In this document: positions 26,353 through 32,000 of the stretch, in pieces
Layout: each line of letters begins with the position of its first letter
How positions within the stretch are numbered: the first letter of the stretch is position 1
NCBI RefSeq assembly: GCF_035285525.1
Contig: NZ_JAYKGW010000171.1
Location: 47,436-79,435, forward strand
Source of the DNA: Okeania sp.
Lineage (GTDB): Bacteria; Cyanobacteriota; Cyanobacteriia; Cyanobacteriales; Microcoleaceae
Reading direction: 5' to 3'
DNA: 32,000 bases
The notes under the pieces: generated by a model
Databases searched by the model: none
Told to the model about the DNA's origin: nothing
What the model saw: the letters and a program-made list of their open reading frames with translations, nothing else
Made by a program: the position numbers and the translations under genes

Positions 26353-26961
26353 CTACCGACCAGGATACAAACGTATGAGAGCAATCCCTGTAATTGCAGC
26401 AACCAGAAACCAGGTGACAGATAAACCAATTACCTCACTAATAAAGAAACCGCTCTCTTGATAAATCAACCCACCGACTGCCCAACCTAGAGATAAACCA
26501 ATTGCCCAAGCAATAATATTTGCAATCATCCACCACTCTTCCCAATATATTTGCTTCCTCAAGACAAACCATTGACCTAATCCTAAAATCCCTCCCACAA
26601 TAGCACCATTAATAAATCCGTAAAATAACCTTAGCCAAATTTGTTCGGTTCTGGGAGCGATCCAACCTAATGCTCCCAAACTACCTGCCCCAATTAATAA
26701 CCAAGTCAAAATGCTTACCACTATCCACCATTTACTGCGGTAGATCAGATTTCTCAGTACCAACCATTGTGTTAGTCCAATGATACCTCCACCAATAGCT
26801 CCGGAAAAAGCTCCAACATAGGGTCTCACTCCGACTTCCACAAATATTAAGCTGAGGAAAAAGCCGATAATAGTGAAAAATACCCACTGTAACCAAAAAC
26901 CCCATCCAATTTGTTGGGGTGTAGTCTGGGAGAAATTATAGTACAACTTGGTAAGTGACAT
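26353..26961 (-). CDS. Integral membrane protein with internally duplicated module
   Basis: 202 aa and very hydrophobic. GGGIIGLTQWLVLRNLIYRSKWWIVVSILTW and VGGILGLGQWFVLRKQIYWEEWWMIANIIAW are clear paralogous units. Confidence 0.75.
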   Translation of the reverse strand: MSLTKLYYNFSQTTPQQIGWGFWLQWVFFTIIGFFLSLIFVEVGVRPYVGAFSGAIGGGIIGLTQWLVLRNLIYRSKWWIVVSILTWLLIGAGSLGALGWIAPRTEQIWLRLFYGFINGAIVGGILGLGQWFVLRKQIYWEEWWMIANIIAWAIGLSLGWAVGGLIYQESGFFISEVIGLSVTWFLVAAITGIALIRLYPGR

Positions 26962-27015
26962 TAAAGATATTTTCTTAGTTATAGAAACTGGGTTGGCATT
27001 AAATATTATACTATA

Positions 27016-27122
27016 GCAGAAGGCAGAAGGCAGCTATGCTGAAAGCAGAAGGAAAAATCTGGCTTTGTCTAGGTTTTAGGCTTTTGATACATCCTAACCG
27101 CCTTGGGAGTTGCTATATATAG
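27016..27122 (+). repeat. Dispersed ~105-nt repeat, copy X2
   Basis: Aligns with the reverse complement of 17421-17529. Abuts MITE copy 10. Confidence 0.7.
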
Positions 27123-27215
27123 CAGGACTTACGCAACTGCAACGTATTTTCCTCCGATATGACAACAGGAAGCAATCTCAAACCCCTGTTTTTCCTACCT
27201 CATGGTTTAGTCCTA
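27123..27215. mobile_element. MITE-like element, copy 10 (93 bp)
   Basis: CAGGACTTACGCAACTGC...CCTCATGGTTTAGTCCTA, with TSD TATAG at 27118-27122 and 27216-27220. Confidence 0.85.
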
Positions 27216-27380
27216 TATAGATTAACAGCACTAATAGATAGATGGGCATTACAGCAATTTTCATTTCAGTAGACCAAAGTAGAGAGCTTGCATAAGGGCG
27301 TCCCTGCAAGGTTGTGGTTATGGCTCCAGTCCGGTGGTTCATCAAGAGTGAAAAGCGCTGTAGGGCGGGTTTATGTAAAT

Positions 27381-27451
27381 TAGGACTTACGCAAAGAAAC
27401 CCGATTTCTAGGCTCGTACCGGGTTTCTGGGTTCGCGTGGCTTTAGTCCTG
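27381..27451. mobile_element. MITE-like element, copy 11 (71 bp)
   Basis: TAGGACTTACGCAAAGAAACCCGATTTCTAGG...GCGTGGCTTTAGTCCTG, with TSD TAAAT at 27376-27380 and 27452-27456. It interrupts a paralogue of the 23281-23407 palindrome. Confidence 0.9.
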
Positions 27452-27539
27452 TAAATCTTAAGAGTAAACATTAAAATTCTAGCTAAAAACTGCTCCTACT
27501 ATTGGGTGGGTGAGACACTCCCTGTACTTCTATAATCAA

Positions 27540-27659
27540 CAGGACGCAAAGGCACTATATATAGCGTCTTGCTCAGTTACGAGATACGCTTTACATGTCG
27601 CGTAGCGTTAGCGGAACGCAAAACACACCCTACCAGTAACGTTCATGGCTTTAGTCCTA
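27540..27659. mobile_element. MITE-like element, copy 12 (120 bp, left end lacks TTAC)
   Basis: CAGGACGCAAAGGCACTATATATAGCG...AACGTTCATGGCTTTAGTCCTA, with TSD ATCAA at 27535-27539 and 27660-27664. The right TSD contains the stop codon of the adjacent gene. Confidence 0.85.
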
Positions 27660-27660
27660 A

Positions 27661-28959
27661 TCAAGTTTCTTTCGGACGAGATACAGAAGTAGGAAACATT
27701 TGCTTAAACCGAATACGTCGCTCTTGGGGTGAGTCTGGAGTCATATAACTCCATAAAGTTTCCCAATAGAAAAAAGATACACCGGCAAAGTTGCGATCGC
27801 GTACTGCTTGCACTTGTTCTTGAATTTTCTCAATTCTCATAGTGGTTTTTAAGGTTCCTGCGAGAATACCAATACTAAAAGGAATTTTATTTCTAGTATT
27901 TTTGACAGGAGGTTGTTCCAACTCTTCTACAAATGAAGATAAACCATCTCTATACACCTGCAAAATAAATTCATCTACAAAACCTCTCTCGATCCAAGTT
28001 TGCCAGTCTTGTAAATATAAATTGTAGGAAAAATCATAAGGATTAGAAGATACAGAGACAATACAGTTGGGTTTAACAGCTTTGATAGATTTATAAAGTC
28101 TTTCCAGGAAGGCAGTAATTTGATTCGCTCGCCATTGCATCCATTCTGGGTTGGTAAAATCTTCTGGAGGATTTTTCCCTTGATGTTGTTGCCGATAAAG
28201 TTGTACTGTAACCGGATCGTAGCCAAATTGTACTGGCATTCCGAAGCGATCGTCTACTTGGATGCCATCGACATCGTATTTTTGCACAACTTCTAATATT
28301 AACTCTAGAATAAAGTTTTGCACCTGGGGATTAATAGGATTCAGCCAAACATTGTTGATGGAGAGTGACTGCTGAAGTTGGTTTAATAAAGATTTTTCAT
28401 CTGATTCCGGGAGTAAATCTTTTAATTCTAATTCAAATATACTTTCAGAAAAATTGCTGTTTTTGTCAATGCTCGTTGTTACCCAATGGGGATGACGTTT
28501 GACTAATACAGAATTGACTGGGGCCATGAAACCATATTCAAACCAAGGGATAACTCGGAGACCTTGGCGATGAGATTGTTTAAATATTTCTTTGAGTACA
28601 TCTCGCCCCAGACGAAATAAAGCTAAAGTAGAGTCTTGAGATTTACCTGTAACTTTTTTGGCGACTTTACTTGGGTAAAAGGTGTTACCCCGGTTCCAGG
28701 TTACGGGATAAACTGTGTTGAAATTGAGTTGAGAAAGTTGACGGAGAGCGCGATTAATTGCCCAAGGAGTGAATAATACACTACTGCTAACGTTGGTGAT
28801 CCAGACTCCCCGCACTTCTTTTTCTGTTGTGATTTTGGCATTGACTGGAGTTGGAGGGGTTAATATTGTGCTGAGGGCAATGGAGAGGATAGCGATCGCT
28901 ACTCCTACGACTAGACATATTTTTAATTGTTTTAATTTATGATTAATTTTATTAGTCAT
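27661..28959 (-). CDS. Glycoside-hydrolase-like family 10 (GHL10/DUF187) protein with signal anchor
   Basis: N-terminal TM segment ICLVVGVAIAILSIAL. EVRGVWITNV...LNFNTVYPVTWNRGNTFYPS...VIPWFEYGF...VWLNPINPQVQNF...DGIQVDDRFG follows the GHL10 pattern. Confidence 0.8.
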   Translation of the reverse strand: MTNKINHKLKQLKICLVVGVAIAILSIALSTILTPPTPVNAKITTEKEVRGVWITNVSSSVLFTPWAINRALRQLSQLNFNTVYPVTWNRGNTFYPSKVAKKVTGKSQDSTLALFRLGRDVLKEIFKQSHRQGLRVIPWFEYGFMAPVNSVLVKRHPHWVTTSIDKNSNFSESIFELELKDLLPESDEKSLLNQLQQSLSINNVWLNPINPQVQNFILELILEVVQKYDVDGIQVDDRFGMPVQFGYDPVTVQLYRQQHQGKNPPEDFTNPEWMQWRANQITAFLERLYKSIKAVKPNCIVSVSSNPYDFSYNLYLQDWQTWIERGFVDEFILQVYRDGLSSFVEELEQPPVKNTRNKIPFSIGILAGTLKTTMRIEKIQEQVQAVRDRNFAGVSFFYWETLWSYMTPDSPQERRIRFKQMFPTSVSRPKET

Positions 28960-28965
28960 TTACAG

Positions 28966-29033
28966 AAAAGAGGGAATAGGGAATAGGGAATAGGGAATAA
29001 TAATTGATTTTACTTTTGATTTTTGGAGATATC
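28966..29033. repeat. 68-bp GGGAATAGGGAAT/TTTTTGGAGATATC family element flanked by a 16-bp direct repeat
   Basis: TATTAGTCATTTACAG at 28950-28965 and 29034-29049 is identical (16/16). The interior is aaaagagggaatagggaatagggaatagggaataataattgattttacttttgatttttggagatatc. Confidence 0.8.
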
Positions 29034-29069
29034 TATTAGTCATTTACAGTTTGATCAATTTTTAAGTTG

Positions 29070-29312
29070 TCAATTCATTCCCATAACCTCTGAAATAGGT
29101 AGCAAGAGAATATCTGAGAATTCAAGTTCAATTTGAATAGTTTCATAGCTTTGTTCCAGTGATAACTTACCAATATTCAACTTAATAGCAATTTCCCAGA
29201 GACTAGCAATACTTAGATAAACTTTATCTGCTACATCAATCATATTTCTTATGTTATTAGGCAAATTAGGATCGTTTTCAGATAACCAAATAAAGGTATG
29301 AGTATCTAACAA
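29070..29312 (-). pseudogene. vapC: PIN-domain (VapC-like) toxin, C-terminally truncated
   Basis: LLDTHTFIW and SLWEIAIKLNIGKL match the PIN N-terminal half. The ORF ends at about 80 aa without the C-terminal acidic/PFDR region. The only available start is a TTG. Confidence 0.6.
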
Positions 29313-29320
29313 AAAATTAC

Positions 29321-29551
29321 TTATTCCATGTACTCCTTAAAATCTACCAATGGCTCGTCAAAATCATCAGGTAATGGTAAAACAAACGTTCCTTTTAATA
29401 TACCAGAACGACGTTTTTTTAAAGGATACTGCTCTATGGCAACATCTTTCGAGTAGTTTTCCATCAAATACTTGGCATAATGTAGAACTTCTTGTTTGAG
29501 AGATTCTGGCGTTTTTTCGATCATTTTCCAAATTTCTGTGTCAGTCTTCAT
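29321..29551 (-). CDS. DUF2281-like antitoxin
   Basis: MKTDTEIWKMIEKTPESLKQEVLHYAKYLMENY...GILKGTFVLPLPDDFDEPLVDFKEYME. ATG at 29551. Stop is 8 nt upstream of the PIN start. Confidence 0.7.
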   Translation of the reverse strand: MKTDTEIWKMIEKTPESLKQEVLHYAKYLMENYSKDVAIEQYPLKKRRSGILKGTFVLPLPDDFDEPLVDFKEYME

Positions 29552-30027
29552 GGTTGTTATTAGCTTATATTTTGTATTTATAGATACCCATAAAATAGAA
29601 AGCATATATCAATAAAAAATAATTGATATTTTAGGTTGTCAAAATAATAATTTTTACAGAAAATAAGATACTTCTTTTATTCTAAAAATGCTAATTTTTT
29701 TGGGTAAGGATTCAGCTATTAGCTGTCAGCTAACCTCCTGGGTCGGAGCTGCGCTAACAGCAATAAAAACCTCAGTTCTTAAAGAGAATATTTAAACGAA
29801 TCAAGAAAGTAAAAACTGAATTTTGTATCAGAAAAATTTCTGATTTATCGGCAACCGTATCATTAAGCTTTTTTCTCAAAATAAAATCAATAGCTGACCG
29901 CTGAATGCTGAGTGCTGAATGCTTAAACTTTTTGCAGTTTTAGGAACTAAAAAGCCAGCATTTTTTCGGGTAAAAAAAGGCACTTAATTCTTGACATTTT
30001 CAAAGTTACAGCTATTTATAATTAAAT

Positions 30028-30224
30028 CAGGACTTACGCATGAGGAACGAAATTTCAAGGTTTGAGGTTGCTATCCTGACGGACTGCGACCCATTCATGT
30101 CGCGGAGCGAAACTCTGTCGCTGGCGCAGCGCCAGCGCAGCGCTTTTCATGTCGCGTAGCGTTTTATGTCGGCTCAAGCGCCGAAAACGCAATAACGGCA
30201 ATACCTTATTTTGCGTAAGTCCTA
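30028..30224. mobile_element. MITE-like element, copy 13 (197 bp)
   Basis: CAGGACTTACGCATGAGGAACG...TTATTTTGCGTAAGTCCTA, with TSD TAAAT at 30023-30027 and 30225-30229. Confidence 0.85.
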
Positions 30225-30240
30225 TAAATGTTGATAACTA

Positions 30241-30257
30241 GCGGGCATTTTGCCCGC
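30241..30257 (-). terminator. Candidate stem-loop downstream of argD
   Basis: GCGGGCA-ttt-TGCCCGC is a 7-bp GC-rich stem 44 nt past the argD stop. The trailing sequence on the minus strand is only moderately U-rich. Confidence 0.35.
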
Positions 30258-30301
30258 GTAGATGTACATCGCGCCTGGTAGAATCCGCTGTGTTTCGCTA
30301 C

Positions 30302-31573
30302 CTACTTAACAACATTAGCGATCGCTTTTGCTAAAATATTTATACCCTCTGTTACTTCAGTCTCATTAACTATCAGTGGAGGCACAAACCGCAAAACCTT
30401 TGGACCTGCTGGCACGATTAATAAACCTTCATTCATAGCAGCTTTAACTAGCTCGATAGAAGTCAACTCGATATCTGCATTTAACTGCATACCATTAATC
30501 AAACCCCAACCGCGAACTTCCGTAAACAAATTAGGATACTTAGTTGCAATAGCATTTAATCCTACCCGCAACTGTTCCCCCCGCTGCTGTACATTTGTCA
30601 ATAAATTTTCCTGTTCCAAAGTTTGACAAACCGCCAACGCTACCGCGCAAGCAAAAGGGTTGCCACCAAAAGTGCTAGCATGACTTCCTGGCGCAAACAC
30701 ATCACAGTCAGATTTACATAACATTGCACCAATGGGGATACCGCCACCTAACCCCTTTGCAGAAGTGAAAATATCTGGTTCAATGCCCAGATTTTCATAT
30801 CCCCAAAGTTTGCCACTACGTCCCATTCCTACTTGTACTTCATCCAATATTAAAAGAATACCTTTCTCATTACAAATTTCCCTAATTCTTTGGAAATAAG
30901 CTACATCACCAGGACGGACACCCCCTTCTCCCTGAAGGGGTTCCAGCATAATAGCTGCAACCTGTCGTTCATCTTTATCTAAGAGAGCGATCGCTTTTTC
31001 TATAGCAGCAATATCATTGTAGGGAACATAATAAAATCCTGGCATCAACGGACTAAAACCTTTATGATATTTCGGTTGTCCAGTGGCAGTAATAGTTGCC
31101 AAAGTACGTCCATGAAAACTAGCATGAGCAGTCAAAATTGTAGGATTTTCTATATTTAACTTTTCATGGGCATATTTCCTGGCAAGTTTGATTGCTGCTT
31201 CATTCGCTTCTGCTCCAGAATTACAGAAAAATGCCTTGTCAGCACAAGAATGTTCTACTAACCATTGTGCTAATTCTCCCTGAGCTGGAATATAGTATAA
31301 ATTAGACACATGATGCAGTCTTTGAATTTGCTCTGACACTGTTGCCATCATCACGGGATGAGCATGACCTAAGGTACAAGTAGCTATTCCGGCCACAAAA
31401 TCTAAATATTCTTTGCCTTCAGTATCCCAAACCCGACAACCTTGACCCCGTTCGAGGGCAAGGGGGAAACGCCCGTAAGTGTTCATCACATAAGCGTTGA
31501 AATTCTCAGCACTAAATGTTGTGTATGTACCAATTGTTTCTAGAGACTGTTTAACTATTGTTTCTGGAGTCAT
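30302..31573 (-). CDS. argD: Acetylornithine aminotransferase (class III PLP aminotransferase)
   Basis: YGRFPLALERGQGCRVWDTEGKEYLDF, LILDEVQVGMGRSGKLW and the PLP-lysine region TSAKGLGGGIPIGA. Confidence 0.9.
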   Translation of the reverse strand: MTPETIVKQSLETIGTYTTFSAENFNAYVMNTYGRFPLALERGQGCRVWDTEGKEYLDFVAGIATCTLGHAHPVMMATVSEQIQRLHHVSNLYYIPAQGELAQWLVEHSCADKAFFCNSGAEANEAAIKLARKYAHEKLNIENPTILTAHASFHGRTLATITATGQPKYHKGFSPLMPGFYYVPYNDIAAIEKAIALLDKDERQVAAIMLEPLQGEGGVRPGDVAYFQRIREICNEKGILLILDEVQVGMGRSGKLWGYENLGIEPDIFTSAKGLGGGIPIGAMLCKSDCDVFAPGSHASTFGGNPFACAVALAVCQTLEQENLLTNVQQRGEQLRVGLNAIATKYPNLFTEVRGWGLINGMQLNADIELTSIELVKAAMNEGLLIVPAGPKVLRFVPPLIVNETEVTEGINILAKAIANVVK

Positions 31574-31668
31574 AGATTATATCTTTCAGTTATGTTCGTA
31601 AAATTAAATGTCAATACTACCTTAATTTTAGGAGAGGATATAAATTTTTTCCGCTTTTTTTAATTTAT

Positions 31669-31795
31669 CAGAACTTACGATAAAGAAACCCGGTTTCTAG
31701 GTTCCTCCGCCAAGAAACCGGGTTTCTAAGTTCTCCCGCCAAGAAACCCGACTTCTAAGTTCCCCCGCCAAGAAACCGGGTTTCTAGATTCGCCT
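31669..31795. mobile_element. MITE-like element, copy 14, with expanded internal unit and no recognisable right end
   Basis: The left end is CAGAACTTACGATAAAGAAACCCGGTTTCTAGG. It is followed by tandem 29-nt units. Confidence 0.6.
31683..31794. repeat. 3.9 tandem copies of a 29-nt unit
   Basis: Unit 1 is aagaaacccggtttctaggttcctccgcc (31683-31711), unit 2 aagaaaccgggtttctaagttctcccgcc (31712-31740) and unit 3 aagaaacccgacttctaagttcccccgcc (31741-31769). A partial fourth unit runs to 31794. Confidence 0.9.
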
Positions 31796-31937
31796 GAATA
31801 ATACGAATGATAAAAAAGTTGATTAAATAAATTTTCCCAACTTTCACTATTATGTAAAATACAAGAATATTTAGTATCCGCTCAATAAATTGGGGTAAGA
31901 AGAGAAAAAGTGCAGCTAGTATGGTAAAATATTACCC

Positions 31938-32000
31938 ATGACGCCAAAAATATCATCATCAAAATTAGTGGCCACATTACTGCAATCAATTGACCCAGAA
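31938..32000 (+). CDS. Possible 5' end of an ORF running off the window
   Basis: ATG at 31938 with 21 open codons (MTPKISSSKLVATLLQSIDPE), divergent from argD. Too short to judge. Confidence 0.2.
   Translation, partial: MTPKISSSKLVATLLQSIDPE

Noticed and set aside
27036-27122. Possible small peptide gene in the X repeat: MLKAEGKIWLCLGFRLLIHPNRLGSCYI at 27036-27122, compared with MLKAEGKILLCLGFRLLMRPPPW... inside ORF 17327-17524. Five of 8 differences in the first 18 codons are synonymous.
   Set aside because: There are only two copies and 8 substitutions, so the count has no statistical weight. The frames diverge after an indel near codon 20, there is no RBS, and the sequence is part of a dispersed repeat abutting a MITE. 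It would only be worth rechecking with many genomic copies.
29991-30022. Perfect -35 TTGACA (29991-29996) and -10 TATAAT (30017-30022) hexamers pointing into MITE copy 13, antisense to argD.
   Set aside because: The spacer is 20 nt, outside the usual 16-18 nt. The alternative -10 at a 17-nt spacing is a poor ATTTAT, and there is no downstream + strand gene. It could still drive an antisense or MITE transcript, but the sequence alone does not support calling it.
31683-31794. CRISPR-like appearance of the 29-nt palindrome-containing repeats (also considered for 19042-19311).
   Set aside because: The units are directly adjacent with no spacers, and no cas genes or leader are present. They are amplifications of a MITE module.
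1-32000. Search by eye for tRNA, rRNA, tmRNA, RNase P, riboswitch or intron-like sequences.
   Set aside because: I saw no T-loop-type GGTTCGA motifs, no rRNA-like conserved blocks and no recognisable riboswitch cores. This is a weak negative, because covariance-model scans (tRNAscan-SE, Infernal/Rfam) could not be run.

Overview
This is an AT-rich chromosomal segment, most likely from a filamentous (Nostocales-like) cyanobacterium. That origin is inferred from at least 14 HIP1 octamers (GCGATCGC) seen by eye, xisH/xisI relics and the overall gene content.

- **Giant gene (nt 1-7734):** the 3' part of a giant secreted-protein gene that is still open at the window edge. It carries repeated N-terminal modules, a Calx-beta segment, two RTX (GGxGxD) blocks and an acidic T/D/E repeat. 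Unusually, it also has two tandem AapJ/BztA-type solute-binding domains.
- **Ordinary genes:** potA-potD-potB-potC, a DUF218 gene, rluE, an alpha/beta hydrolase, a DUF1816 gene, rlmB, mrnC, a STAS protein, carA, a retropepsin-like protease, trpD, a repeat-built membrane protein, a GHL10-type hydrolase and argD.
- **Decayed accessory modules:** xisH, xisI and a PIN toxin.
- **Small repeats:** almost every intergenic region is colonised by non-coding repeats. The dominant family is MITE-like, with termini (C/T)AGGACTTACGCA and at least 15 copies or fragments.
  - Eight copies have perfect 5-6 bp AT-rich target-site duplications.
  - One insertion has a paralogous empty site.
  - Even smaller units are nested inside copies.
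  - Several copies sit next to stop codons.
  - One 639-bp composite copy carries a G-quadruplex tract and a 30-copy nonamer array.

I recognised no rRNA, tRNA, CRISPR array, transposase or complete defence system. The best candidates for something undescribed are the exported RTX protein carrying solute-binding domains and the modular, nested MITE system. Novelty cannot be confirmed without database searches.
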